Shown: piece by piece, positions 45,711 to 55,572 of the stretch
Layout: each line of letters opens with the position of its first letter
How positions within the stretch are numbered: the first letter of the stretch is position 1
IMG/VR virus record: IMGVR_UViG_3300037518_000459
Reading direction: 5' to 3' (one strand)
DNA from: a virus
Length of the DNA stretch: 64,000 nucleotides
Made by a program: the position numbers and the translations under genes
The notes under the pieces: model-generated
What the model saw: the letters and a program-made list of their open reading frames with translations, nothing else
What the model was told of the DNA's origin: nothing
Databases searched by the model: none

Positions 45711-46052
45711 TCACTTCTTCTTGCTGTTCTGCTCGGCCACGTAGTCGATGAACTCGCTGTCCATCTCCCTGACGTAGAAGAGCAGGTCATCCATCTCTTC
45801 GTAGTCCAGCTCGTGCATCTGACCCCACTCGATGATCGCGGACCAAGGAATGGGTTGAACCGACCACCCCGACGGCCGGCACGTCGTCAGGTCCCAGAAG
45901 GCGCTGAAGAACAGCTCCAGCCCCAGCTCCAGCTCAGGCGCGTTGGCGATCGACTCCGGGAGCGGCACATTGTGCGCGTAGCAGTTCCGGATGATCGTCC
46001 GCTCTTTGGGGCCCTTCGTCAGCTGGTAACGAAGGACCGCCCTCAGTTTCCC
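45711..46052 (-). CDS. Tail assembly chaperone T extension, expressed as a G-T fusion by -1 frameshift
   Basis: -1 frame ORF 45711..46154 overlaps the 3' end of G. The slippery heptamer G GGA AAC (complement 46046..46052) sits immediately before the G stop. Confidence 0.6.
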   Translation of the reverse strand, partial: GKLRAVLRYQLTKGPKERTIIRNCYAHNVPLPESIANAPELELGLELFFSAFWDLTTCRPSGWSVQPIPWSAIIEWGQMHELDYEEMDDLLFYVREMDSEFIDYVAEQNSKKK

Positions 46053-46450
46053 GCGGCCTCCTCCCGCAGCGAGGCCCGGTAGAGCGTCGCTTTGTGTGCG
46101 TCCTCCCGGATCGCCTGGAACAGGTCGTCCAGCTCCCGGAAGAGCCACAGGCACTTCTCTTTGCTGTACGGGACCTCGTTGCCCTCAGCGTCGGTGATAC
46201 CCTTCCAGTCGAGCACGATGGTCTCGGCGAACGCCTGCTTCATCAGGTCAAACGCCTTGTCCGAATCGATCGCCTCGGCCTCCAGGGCCCGACGGTGCGG
46301 CTTGGTGATACGGGCCAGGGCCTTCTCGTACGCCTTGTTGGCCCCACCCGCGCGGGCCACCAGGAACTCCCCGGCGTCGCCGTAGTCGAGCCACAGGCCG
46401 TTTCGCTCGCGATCCACGTCGCTCTTGAAGGCTGCGAACGTTCCGCTCAT
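46043..46450 (-). CDS. Tail assembly chaperone G, 135 aa
   Basis: Position between the major tail protein and tape measure; SD GGTAGGAGAAG. Confidence 0.65.
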   Translation of the reverse strand: MSGTFAAFKSDVDRERNGLWLDYGDAGEFLVARAGGANKAYEKALARITKPHRRALEAEAIDSDKAFDLMKQAFAETIVLDWKGITDAEGNEVPYSKEKCLWLFRELDDLFQAIREDAHKATLYRASLREEAAGN

Positions 46451-46499
46451 TCTTCTCCTACCTCAGCGGGGGCTGGGTAACAGGGGCACGAATTGTCCC

Positions 46500-48104
46500 T
46501 TACGCGTCCGCCGCGTTCGGGAGGTAGTCCCAGAAGACCCAGAGGAGCGTGTGGTCGAGCGTCGGATGCACCTTGGCGCCCGTTGCCGCCTGGATCTCCA
46601 GCGGGATCTTGATGGACTGGTCCTTCTCGACGTTCAGCTTGCCGTCCCCCAGGGACAAGAGCGGAATGTCGAAGCTGATGCCGGAATTGGCCTTCACGAA
46701 GTGCGCTTCGACCGTGATGTCCGCATTGTCGATCACGGACTGCATGGCCGCCGTCTCGACGAAGTACGCCTCGATGCTCCCACCCACCGTGAAGTTGCCC
46801 ACGGCGATGTCGAGGGCCCCGAGAACGCCCAGGGCGGGCTCCGCCGAGGCGTTGTTGGAGATGGTCAGCGTCAGATCCGTAGCGAACGCGAAGAGCGCAG
46901 CCGGGTTCGACACTCCGCCAGCCGTCGACAGCTTGATGCGGCTGATGTCCGACGACGTGTTGAACGCATCCGCTTCGGCGAGCGTGGGCGCCCCGCCCGA
47001 GGACACGGCCGACTTGATGTTGGGGGCCGCCGCGGCCGCCAGAGTCTCGTAGCCGGCGGCCAGGAATCCCAGGTCCACGGTGACCTTGTCGGCGCTGGCC
47101 ACGTTCAGCGTGAACTCGTTGCCCACCGCACCCGTCAGGTACTCGGCCTGCAGCTCGGTGGTCGCCGCGTCGTCCGGGTAGCTCAGGCTGCGCTCCAGCT
47201 GGTAGGTCCGCCGGATCTGGTTGGCCGGAATCGCCTCGTTCTTCAGGACGCGCCCGAAAAAGATGCGGATGGTCTCGCTGCCGCCGCCCGCCTCATCCAC
47301 CATCGTGAGGGACGTCTTGTCCAGCTCGATGGAGTCGTTGGAGAGCGTGGTCGTCACGATACCACGCACGCGAACAAACTGAGCCGTGTTGCCAACAGAG
47401 TCGAACGCCTCGTCCGCAGCATCACCGCCGAGGAACGCCAGCTCACCGGGCACGAGGCCGAGCGTGGTCATGTCGAATCCCGCGGTCGAGACGAGGCGCG
47501 GGAGCGAGCCCGTCGATACGTCGACCGAGAGGTCATCCGTCGCGAACTGGTGCCCGACCTTGTAGAGCTTCGCACCTTCGACGCCCAAGGCGTACGCGGC
47601 CGGCGAGGCATCATCGACCAGCGTCGGGCCCACGACCGTGATCGTGGTCGCCGTCTGCGCGGAGACCTCCATCAGGACGTTGTTGGCCGAGTCGTCGAAG
47701 CCGGAACCCTTCAGCAGGTCGCCGACCACGAACGTGTGCGCCGTGACGGTGAAGACGTTGCTGGTCAGGTCCGTAATCGGGGTGCCCGCCGCGTTGTTCG
47801 CGACGTTGTCCTTCTCGCGGAAGCTCGCGAACATGAAGCCCTGCAGCAGCCGCTGGAGATTGACCTGGGTCAGGTCGTTGTTCCAGCCGCCGGCCGCCTC
47901 CAGGTTCGTCACCACGCCCTTGCGGTTCTGGCGGTCGGCGTTGATGGGATTCCGAGCGACGAGCTGCACTTCGCCCCCGAAATCGTTGTACGTGTTCGGA
48001 TCGAGGCCGTACCAGACCTCGTCCCCGGACACGGTCTTCAGGGTGTCCTCCTCGGCGAACCGGAGGCCCGTCGAGTTGGAGCTGATCTTGTTCAGGAGCG
48101 CCAT
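46500..48104 (-). CDS. Major tail protein, 534 aa, probably with a C-terminal Ig-like extension
   Basis: Ser/Thr/Ala-rich; position between the tail terminator and the chaperones. Confidence 0.6.
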   Translation of the reverse strand: MALLNKISSNSTGLRFAEEDTLKTVSGDEVWYGLDPNTYNDFGGEVQLVARNPINADRQNRKGVVTNLEAAGGWNNDLTQVNLQRLLQGFMFASFREKDNVANNAAGTPITDLTSNVFTVTAHTFVVGDLLKGSGFDDSANNVLMEVSAQTATTITVVGPTLVDDASPAAYALGVEGAKLYKVGHQFATDDLSVDVSTGSLPRLVSTAGFDMTTLGLVPGELAFLGGDAADEAFDSVGNTAQFVRVRGIVTTTLSNDSIELDKTSLTMVDEAGGGSETIRIFFGRVLKNEAIPANQIRRTYQLERSLSYPDDAATTELQAEYLTGAVGNEFTLNVASADKVTVDLGFLAAGYETLAAAAAPNIKSAVSSGGAPTLAEADAFNTSSDISRIKLSTAGGVSNPAALFAFATDLTLTISNNASAEPALGVLGALDIAVGNFTVGGSIEAYFVETAAMQSVIDNADITVEAHFVKANSGISFDIPLLSLGDGKLNVEKDQSIKIPLEIQAATGAKVHPTLDHTLLWVFWDYLPNAADA

Positions 48105-48128
48105 GACGTTTTCCTTCTCCTCGCGTGG

Positions 48129-48587
48129 CTAGACGATCTCGTCGTACTCGAAGTCCACCAGGACATCCATTCGGAACCAGACGCCGTCGCGCCCGATCTC
48201 CTGGTGCCGCACGTTCCGGAACGTGGCCCCTCCGGCCGTCCTCTGGCCGCGAAAGGCGTTCTTGACGATCTTAGCAAGTCTGTCGGCTTGTCGCAAGCCT
48301 TGAGCAGGGGCCACGTAGATTTCGCACTGGAGGAACCCCTCAGAGGTCTCCTTGTGGGCCCCTAGGCCCCCGGCGAGGGTCGTCGCCCCTCCGGTGGCGT
48401 GGAACAGCGATACCCGGGCCCAGGGGGTGGGGGACCCCGCCTCGCCGGTCTCCTGGGCGTCTGGGGGTTGCTGCCCGTCGTTCAGATAGACCACGGCGAT
48501 CCCGGCCGATTCCAGGCCGGCATCCCACGCGGTCTTGAAGAGGTCCAGGATTTCGTCCCGGGCCTGCTCCTGGTCGGCCATCGCCAT
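48129..48587 (-). CDS. Tail terminator (tail completion) protein, 152 aa
   Basis: Size and position; the C-terminal FRNVRHQEIGRDGVWFRMDVLVDFEYDE is typical of this family. Confidence 0.5.
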   Translation of the reverse strand: MAMADQEQARDEILDLFKTAWDAGLESAGIAVVYLNDGQQPPDAQETGEAGSPTPWARVSLFHATGGATTLAGGLGAHKETSEGFLQCEIYVAPAQGLRQADRLAKIVKNAFRGQRTAGGATFRNVRHQEIGRDGVWFRMDVLVDFEYDEIV

Positions 48588-48970
48588 TACAGCTCCACCT
48601 CCAGCATCCAGGCGATCACCACGTCCCCCGGCGCGATCTTCAGGCGCCGGATGATCTTCCGGGGCTTGCTCCCGTCGTTGACGACGTCGTAGGTCGACAG
48701 ATCCACGCCGGAACCCAGGGAATCCTGGGCGATCATCACCGTGCCCACGTTCTTCCGGTGCACCATCGTGCCCGCGGAATCGAAGGTCGTGTCATCGAAG
48801 AACGCCGCGATGACCGTCGTCTCGGTAGGGCTCGTGGCCACCACCCCATCCCAGGGCTTGGTCGCGTCCGCCAACGTGGCCGAGACCTTCACCAGCGTCA
48901 CGGATCGCCCGTTCTTCTCGATGAGCCGCTTGGCCGTCGCCGCCAGCCGAATGTGGGTCGCGTTCGCCAT
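48587..48970 (-). CDS. Head-tail joining protein (head closure/neck candidate), 127 aa
   Basis: Position. Confidence 0.4.
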   Translation of the reverse strand: MANATHIRLAATAKRLIEKNGRSVTLVKVSATLADATKPWDGVVATSPTETTVIAAFFDDTTFDSAGTMVHRKNVGTVMIAQDSLGSGVDLSTYDVVNDGSKPRKIIRRLKIAPGDVVIAWMLEVEL

Positions 48971-48973
48971 GCG

Positions 48974-49513
48974 CTAGGCCCTCAGTAGCTCGCGCCCGCC
49001 GATCACCAGGAAGCGCAGGATCTTGTCGACCCGCGGATACTTCCTGAAGTTCGTGGGGGCCCCGGCCTGTGAGTACCGGGTGCTCGTTTCGATCGGACCC
49101 ACTCGCTCGGCCAGGGCCTCCACGAAGCGACCGGAGTCGTCGTACTCCGGGTTCGGCGCCAGGGCCGAGCCGTCCGCGGCCTGCAACGCAAGCTCGGCGC
49201 ACGCCTTCTGGACCTCGATCGGTACCTCCAGGGCGGAGCGATCGTCGTCGGTGTAGCGCGCGTCCACCCGAGGCCACTCCAGGGCCTGCGATGTCAGCTT
49301 GCGGATCCCAACGAACCGATACCGGCCCCCGTCGATGTAGTCCGTGGCCCGGATGATGGCCGCTTCCTTTTCGGACGTGCCAAGATCGAACCACGCCGCA
49401 TGCGTAGCGATCGCATCGCCGCCACGATCGTTGGCGTAGTCGTCGACGAAGTCGGCATCGACGTAGGCGTTCGAGTTCGCGAGCCCAGTTCCATCTTCTT
49501 TCACGAACGCCAT
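48974..49513 (-). CDS. Head-tail connector (adaptor) protein, 179 aa
   Basis: Internal M (MAFVKEDG) with SD AAGGGGGC; position. Confidence 0.45.
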   Translation of the reverse strand: MAFVKEDGTGLANSNAYVDADFVDDYANDRGGDAIATHAAWFDLGTSEKEAAIIRATDYIDGGRYRFVGIRKLTSQALEWPRVDARYTDDDRSALEVPIEVQKACAELALQAADGSALAPNPEYDDSGRFVEALAERVGPIETSTRYSQAGAPTNFRKYPRVDKILRFLVIGGRELLRA

Positions 49514-49515
49514 TG

Positions 49516-49905
49516 CTATGCCCCCTTCGCGATGTCTTGCTTCACGATCCACTTGCCGTACATGAGGGTTCGGCGATCCGAACTGGTGTCCGTCATCTCG
49601 ATCTCGTAGTAGTATTGGCCAGGAATCAAGTTCGCCTCCGAGTCCGACAGGGCGAACTCGACCTTGTTCAAGGGCGCGTCCGTGATCGTCCCGGCTCGCT
49701 CGAACACGTTCGTGACGCTGGACACGGAGCCCCCCGGCTCCTTCTCAGTGTCCACGGCCAACTTGAACGTGTACCCAGCGATTCCGGCAGGGATCAAGGG
49801 ATCCGTGGTTCCCGCCTGCAGGAGCTGAATTGCCAGGGGCCACGTGTCCCCGCGGCGCCGCTGCAGATCGCAGTTGACGGGAATCCCGGGATCATTCGTT
49901 GCCAT
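49516..49905 (-). CDS. Hypothetical structural protein, 129 aa
   Basis: ORF track, SD AGGGGAG. Confidence 0.5.
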   Translation of the reverse strand: MATNDPGIPVNCDLQRRRGDTWPLAIQLLQAGTTDPLIPAGIAGYTFKLAVDTEKEPGGSVSSVTNVFERAGTITDAPLNKVEFALSDSEANLIPGQYYYEIEMTDTSSDRRTLMYGKWIVKQDIAKGA

Positions 49906-49911
49906 TTCCTT

Positions 49912-50091
49912 TTACTCCCCTTCCAGAATGAACTGCGTGGTGAGGATCGACACGTCCACCTCGGGCGTCAACAGGGACACCTCGACAGGTTCGTTGTCCA
50001 CCTCAACCGTGATCTCCGTCACCACCCGGTTGATCGTGACCCCGCCACCGCCACCAGGACCCTGGCCGAAGCCTTGAATCACTACGCTCAC
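49912..50091 (-). CDS. Small Gly-rich protein, 59 aa, GTG start
   Basis: Fills the gap 49906-50087, with SD AAGGGA and a GTGA overlap with the upstream stop; not in the track because it is under 60 aa. Confidence 0.35.
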   Translation of the reverse strand: MSVVIQGFGQGPGGGGGVTINRVVTEITVEVDNEPVEVSLLTPEVDVSILTTQFILEGE

Positions 50092-51464
50092 GAGAGTGCG
50101 TCCCTTCGGTGGATGGCCGCCGTCCCATCGTAGTCAGTAGCCCCGGACGCATCCAGGTACAACTGCGCCGTCAGCAGCGGGGTCGTACCATCGTCATCGT
50201 ACAGGGTCGCGACTCCGGTCACGGTGCTAATCTCGAAGCGGTTCTTCAGCAGCTTCTGGATCAGGACCACGCGCGGCTGCGCGTCCGCGGTATCCGCCAG
50301 GATGTCCGACACCGCCTGCCCAAGGGAACCGGGTGTAGTGTGCCCGGACAGCAGTTCGTCCAGAACCGCGTCCACCACCGCAGCACGTTCGGTTCCGGTG
50401 AGCGCCATCGCGTCCCCAGCGACGGCCCTGGAGGACACCGCCACATCCAGGTTCGACGCGACCACTGCGTCGATGTCGTCGATCAGGTTCTGGTTCTCCC
50501 CGGTAGAGCCGCCAGCCACGTGACCCACGAGCGGCTCGTCCCAGACACCATCTGCGATCTCACCGACCGCGTCCGCCGCCAGGGCAGCCGCATCCACGGC
50601 TCCAGCAACCAAGTCCATCGCGTCCCCTGGCGCAGAACGCGTGCTCGTCGCGACGTCGACGCGCCCCTCGATCGTGTCCAGATGCTCGTCGACCGACCCC
50701 GCGGCAGGGGTGCCGGCGGTCGGCGCGAGCTTCATGGCATCCCGCACCTCCTGCGCCGTCAGATCGTTGATCACCGCCGTGATCGCGTCCCGGATCTCCG
50801 TCACTGCGTCGGCGGCCAACTCGGCTGCTCCGATCGCGTCGGTGGCCAGCACGGCGCTCGTGATGGCGTCGGCGGCGAACTTCGCCGCGGTGATCGCTCC
50901 GTCTACCAGATTCATCTGGTCACCCGGAACCGCAAAACCGGTAGCCGTGTCCCACGCAGCATCGCCGCGATCCCTGATCGCCTCCAGGGAGTCGTCCGCT
51001 TGGTTGAAGGTCTGACTCCCGTTCTTGTTCAGGATTCGATCCAGAAACGAGCTGATGACGGGATTGGACCCCGCGGCTACAGCCACCAGCTCGTCCAGGC
51101 GGTACGTCTCCAGGGCCTGCTCTGCTTCGGTCTGAATGCTGGCGAGGCTGAGGGTGTCCGGCAGGCGGTCCCCGATGACAGCCGCAGCCACCTCGTAGAC
51201 CCGAATCTCCTCCGCCGGGACCGACGACTCAACGATGGTGACGGTCCACGTTCCAGCTGCGTCCGGAGTGAACGACGCCTGATAGACGCCCGTGATGGGC
51301 TCCGTGACGGAGGGTGTGGTGAATGAGACGTCCGCCTCGTCGTAGACGGTCACCGTGGTGGTTCCGGCGAGTCCAGTCTGCAGCTCGCCCGCCACGCGCA
51401 CTCGCCACCGGACGACGATCGCCTCGCCGGTCTTGTAGACGATACGGTCTCCGAGCTTGGCCAC
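50088..51464 (-). CDS. Ala-rich repeat protein with an N-terminal Ig-like domain (head fibre or decoration candidate), 458 aa
   Basis: Internal repeats of the (D)AITxAxLAADAV type. Confidence 0.5.
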   Translation of the reverse strand: MAKLGDRIVYKTGEAIVVRWRVRVAGELQTGLAGTTTVTVYDEADVSFTTPSVTEPITGVYQASFTPDAAGTWTVTIVESSVPAEEIRVYEVAAAVIGDRLPDTLSLASIQTEAEQALETYRLDELVAVAAGSNPVISSFLDRILNKNGSQTFNQADDSLEAIRDRGDAAWDTATGFAVPGDQMNLVDGAITAAKFAADAITSAVLATDAIGAAELAADAVTEIRDAITAVINDLTAQEVRDAMKLAPTAGTPAAGSVDEHLDTIEGRVDVATSTRSAPGDAMDLVAGAVDAAALAADAVGEIADGVWDEPLVGHVAGGSTGENQNLIDDIDAVVASNLDVAVSSRAVAGDAMALTGTERAAVVDAVLDELLSGHTTPGSLGQAVSDILADTADAQPRVVLIQKLLKNRFEISTVTGVATLYDDDGTTPLLTAQLYLDASGATDYDGTAAIHRRDALS

Positions 51465-51465
51465 G

Positions 51466-53415
51466 CTACACCGCCTCCATTAGAACGCCGTCGGTCTGGT
51501 CCGACTCGGCGTCTCCGAAACCAATGGTCACCGCCGGCTCGTACTGTACATCAATCTGCCGCAGGGCACCACTGCTCATCTGATCCATTCCCGCGGTGAA
51601 GCTGGCCGTGATCTCCAGGACGTCCTGGCCGTTGCCAGCGCACGCCAGCGCTCGCAGGTTCGCAGTGTTGAGGGTAGCTGGGGACGACCACGTCGAACCG
51701 CCATCGGTAGAATGGCGGAACGTGTACGAGATGGCGCCCACCTCCTGCGAGGAGGCGCCGGCCTGCTCGTCGTCGATCGTCACGCCGCGGAAGAAGGCCA
51801 CGCCCTCCGCGGGCTGGAGGAGCGGCAGGACGATCGACCCCGACGCGGGCACGAGCCCCTGGAAGTCCGCGGGGGTGTTCCCGTACCGGATGTTGCACGC
51901 CATCCAGTCCCAGAAGCCCTCCTCCGCGGCGGAGTCCGCGCGGTGGCGGATCCCGAACCCGTTCACGTCGCCCGGGGTCGTGCCGACCTCCTCGTGGACC
52001 ATGTCGCCGTCGATGTAGAAGCGCACGGTGCAGGTGGTGAGACCGACGTCGCGCGTCACGCTGATCGCCAGCTCGTGGAGCCCCTGCGAGCGGGCGACCC
52101 CGGTGTCCACCGTCCCGGAGTCAGTCCGCACCACGTAGTTGCCGGACGAGTCCGAGACGTTCACGCCGAGGGCGAACTCCAGGGTGGCGCCGTTGAAGAA
52201 CGTGAGCCGCTGCTGCATCGTCGAGGTGGTGTCCCCGGAGTCGTAGAAGTCCGCGCGCCCCCACCGCATCTGGCCGGCGGCGCTAACGCCGCCGTGGTTC
52301 ACGACGTCCGCGCGCGAGGACGTCACGCCGCCGGAGTTCGACGTCTTGACGTTCTCCACGCCGATCGTGACGTGCGCGGTATCATCCCCCACAAGGTTCC
52401 CTACTACGAGGTAGTCCCGAGCGCGCCCGTCCCCGTGCTCCTTCCAGATGCAGGGGTGCAGGCGCAGACGAAGCTCGCCCGCCGTCGGGTTCGGCCGCGA
52501 GCCGACGGGCGAGAAGATAGGCTGCGGCGAGACGTCGGGGGCGTCGCTCTCTCGCAGCGCGTAGCCCGCAACGTTCTCAAAGGCCCAGCGAGCCTCCCCG
52601 GGCGCAGGGAACTGGGGATCCGCCTCGGCGGCGTCGGCCCAGACGAGGCCGGACGACGTCCCGGTGTTAGAGGCGCCCTCGTCGGCGACGACGTTGCCCG
52701 AGCCGGCGCCGAGGAAGTAGGCCGAGGACTTGGCAGTGTCCACGCCTGAGTTCAGCGACAGCTCCTCGAACGAGTCCAGCATCCCGTCCGGGGCGTCGAT
52801 CTCCCCACCCGTGATCGTGAGGCCGCGGTCCACCTCCCACCGCCACTGGATGATGTCCATGATGGCGCGCTCGTGGTCGACGAGCCCCAGGAAGTTGTCG
52901 ATCGGGGAACCCCCCCACCGCATGATCGGGTCGCCAGAGGCGTTGATGTCGTGGATCTGCCCCGTCTGACTGGCCTGATAAACGCTCGCACCGTCGATGA
53001 ACACGGCGAAGTAGGTCTTCGCGTCCCCGCTGTTGTACTTCATCGCCATCTGGATCTGGTAGACCGCCCCGAGCCGGAGGGGCACCCCCGTCGCCGGACC
53101 CGCGAACGACTCGATCGTCGGCCCCGAGCTGACAGGCCACTGGAACCCCAGGCAGTACTCGTCGCCGGTGACCTGCCGCCCGCCGCCTACGGTGTCTGCG
53201 AACTGGTCCGCGTACAGGAACGCCCCGATGGCTTGGTCGGTGGAGTTGTCGCGGGCCTGCCAAATGAGGGCGTTGGAGACGGGCCACTCCAGGACGCGCA
53301 TGAACCACGTGACGAGGAGGTCCCCCGTCGCGTTCACGGCGTTGGGTGCCTGGAAGTTCGCGAAGCTGTTCGCGGCGCCGTCGAACTGGAGGTAGCTGGG
53401 GGTCTTGGCGGCCAC
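51466..53415 (-). CDS. LamG/concanavalin-like domain protein, 649 aa
   Basis: N-terminal YLQFDG...W motif typical of LamG_3 folds. Confidence 0.5.
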   Translation of the reverse strand: MAAKTPSYLQFDGAANSFANFQAPNAVNATGDLLVTWFMRVLEWPVSNALIWQARDNSTDQAIGAFLYADQFADTVGGGRQVTGDEYCLGFQWPVSSGPTIESFAGPATGVPLRLGAVYQIQMAMKYNSGDAKTYFAVFIDGASVYQASQTGQIHDINASGDPIMRWGGSPIDNFLGLVDHERAIMDIIQWRWEVDRGLTITGGEIDAPDGMLDSFEELSLNSGVDTAKSSAYFLGAGSGNVVADEGASNTGTSSGLVWADAAEADPQFPAPGEARWAFENVAGYALRESDAPDVSPQPIFSPVGSRPNPTAGELRLRLHPCIWKEHGDGRARDYLVVGNLVGDDTAHVTIGVENVKTSNSGGVTSSRADVVNHGGVSAAGQMRWGRADFYDSGDTTSTMQQRLTFFNGATLEFALGVNVSDSSGNYVVRTDSGTVDTGVARSQGLHELAISVTRDVGLTTCTVRFYIDGDMVHEEVGTTPGDVNGFGIRHRADSAAEEGFWDWMACNIRYGNTPADFQGLVPASGSIVLPLLQPAEGVAFFRGVTIDDEQAGASSQEVGAISYTFRHSTDGGSTWSSPATLNTANLRALACAGNGQDVLEITASFTAGMDQMSSGALRQIDVQYEPAVTIGFGDAESDQTDGVLMEAV

Positions 53416-53480
53416 GAAACGTCTCCCCGATCAGAAGAGGGGCCCCGCGGGGCCCCCCTCAGATCAGCAGTGTAGGAACC

Positions 53481-54308
53481 CTACTTGCTGGGACGCGGCT
53501 CGGGATCCGACTGGGGCGCGACGGCCTTGGGACGAATCTCCACCGCGTTGCTCGTCACCACCGGCGGACCCGACAGGATCTGGTCGGCCCACACGCCGAC
53601 CCGCATCCAGCAGTGCGCGCGCGCGACGATGACCGGGTAGTCCCAGCTCGGATTCTGCGCCGAGAACTGTACAGGAGCCGCCTCGATGGCGCCGCCGCTG
53701 CCAGGACCTCCGGCCGTAACCCAGGGGGCGCCCTCAGCCTCGCTGGAGAACTGCACTCCAGCGACCTCCTCGGTCACGCCCTGCAGCTGTTGCTCGACGT
53801 GCGCGCTGAACGGCTGCAGCTTGACGATCATCGGCGGCACGCTCATCTGCATCTCACCGCCGACCACCGCTGCCGCCGAAGCCGCAGGCTTGCTGGGATC
53901 CACCCAACCGGCCGCCTCCATCGCGCTCACCTGCTTGTCGTCCGCGAAGCACTCGGCCCCACTCGCGGCGTGCACCATCCGGATGCGACCCATGACCGGG
54001 TCACGGCCCTTGATCGCTCGGTACACCGGCACCTCGCCCTTGGGAACCGGCTGCTTCTTGGAGACCTTCCATCCAGCCTTCGTCATGGCCTCGATCTGCC
54101 TCGGATCCGCGAAGCACGACTGGCCTTCGCGCTCCATCCGCACCACCGAGCCCATGTTCATCTGCCTACCGGCCTGCCGAGCTACGCGCGGCTCCTCCAC
54201 CGGCTTCTCGAAGAGCGAGTACCCGCGCTTCTTGAACGCCGCGACCTGCGCGTCGTTCACCCGGATCTCCTCGCCCTTGCCGTTCTTCATCCAGCGACAG
54301 TTCTGCAT
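53481..54308 (-). CDS. Protein with three tandem ~30-aa repeats (xRMxxxGxxxFADxxQVxAMxxAGW), 275 aa
   Basis: Repeats read directly from the ORF-track translation; it lies just downstream of the capsid gene. Confidence 0.5.
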   Translation of the reverse strand: MQNCRWMKNGKGEEIRVNDAQVAAFKKRGYSLFEKPVEEPRVARQAGRQMNMGSVVRMEREGQSCFADPRQIEAMTKAGWKVSKKQPVPKGEVPVYRAIKGRDPVMGRIRMVHAASGAECFADDKQVSAMEAAGWVDPSKPAASAAAVVGGEMQMSVPPMIVKLQPFSAHVEQQLQGVTEEVAGVQFSSEAEGAPWVTAGGPGSGGAIEAAPVQFSAQNPSWDYPVIVARAHCWMRVGVWADQILSGPPVVTSNAVEIRPKAVAPQSDPEPRPSK

Positions 54309-54359
54309 GTTCGCCTCCCCGCTGTGCCCGCCCCCGGCGAACCGGGGGCGGGACAGGGA

Positions 54360-55520
54360 CTACGGGATGTCCTTGACGATCTGGGCGCCGAGGCGACCAT
54401 CGACCATCTTCGCACCGACCAGGATGTCGAGCGACAGGACGTCAGACTTCAGGTCGCGATCGTAGTCGAACGTCGCGCGGATGGAGAGACCGGTCACCGG
54501 GTCCTGGATGTAGGACGACGGAGCCGCCTCGGGGGTATCCAGCGGCACCGCCACGAACGCAAACGCGTTCGGGTGGAACGCCGCGCCGTGGTTCTGCCGC
54601 GTGTTGCTACCACCGTCGTACACGGTGATCGCCACGCCGTCACCCACCGCCTCACGGAGAGGCTCACGGATGACGAGCGTACCCGCGTTGGCCACGGAGG
54701 TGACGTTCGCGTCGACCACGGCGTTGCCGTAGCCGGCGATCGTGATGATGTCCCCGGCCAGGAACGTTCCCGCCGCCAGCGACGCGCCGTCGTAGGCGAT
54801 GCTGGTCGCACCGGCCGCCAGGGCACCGTTGGTGACCGCGGACACTTCGGTGCCCGAGGTGTGGGTGGTCGAATCGACGTTCTGCGCCATGAAGGACATG
54901 AGGCCCATCAGGGAACCCAGCTCGGCCTCGCGCAGGGCGGAGGTCGCACCGGACTCGTTGACCTTCACGAACTCGCCGACGCCGAGCAGGGTCTGCTCGT
55001 ACTCGGTCGAGACGATCTGGAACCGGGGGCTCATCGGGACCTTCAGGTCGTTCAGGGTCTTGCGGACCTGGGCCAGGGTCGTCAGGGAGTTCGGCAGAGC
55101 CGCCGGAGCCGCCTCGGACGGACCGGCAACCGCCGGCAGGTCCTTCAGCTTCTCCAGGGCGTACGCGTCGATGCGTTCGCCCATCTCGACCATGCGCGGA
55201 GCCAGCACCTGCTGCGAGAAGGAGACGAGATCCAGCGTCCGCTCCCGGTCGGTGATCTTCACCGTCGCGTCGAAGTGCTTCTCCAGGGTGAGCGGAATGC
55301 TCGACTCGACGATGTCGCGGATGGTCACGGTGGAACCGTTGTACTCGTCCACGACGCCCGCACCGCGCCGACGGATGCGAATGGTGTCGCCGACCTTTGC
55401 GCCGGCGTTCAGATCGGTCTCGTAGTCACGGCTGAACAGCCGAGCGGCCACCAGCTGGGACTGCAGGAGCATCAGCGCCTCGCGGGCGACGATGTCCGGG
55501 TTCAGAAAGGCGTTCGCCAT
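54360..55520 (-). CDS. Major capsid protein, 386 aa
   Basis: Canonical order portal, MuF, scaffold, capsid; N-terminus MANAFLNPDIVAREALMLL. Confidence 0.7.
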   Translation of the reverse strand: MANAFLNPDIVAREALMLLQSQLVAARLFSRDYETDLNAGAKVGDTIRIRRRGAGVVDEYNGSTVTIRDIVESSIPLTLEKHFDATVKITDRERTLDLVSFSQQVLAPRMVEMGERIDAYALEKLKDLPAVAGPSEAAPAALPNSLTTLAQVRKTLNDLKVPMSPRFQIVSTEYEQTLLGVGEFVKVNESGATSALREAELGSLMGLMSFMAQNVDSTTHTSGTEVSAVTNGALAAGATSIAYDGASLAAGTFLAGDIITIAGYGNAVVDANVTSVANAGTLVIREPLREAVGDGVAITVYDGGSNTRQNHGAAFHPNAFAFVAVPLDTPEAAPSSYIQDPVTGLSIRATFDYDRDLKSDVLSLDILVGAKMVDGRLGAQIVKDIP

Positions 55521-55572
55521 TTGGATCGTTCTCCTGCCCCGATGTCAGGGGCAACGTTGCGAGGAGGAGTCT

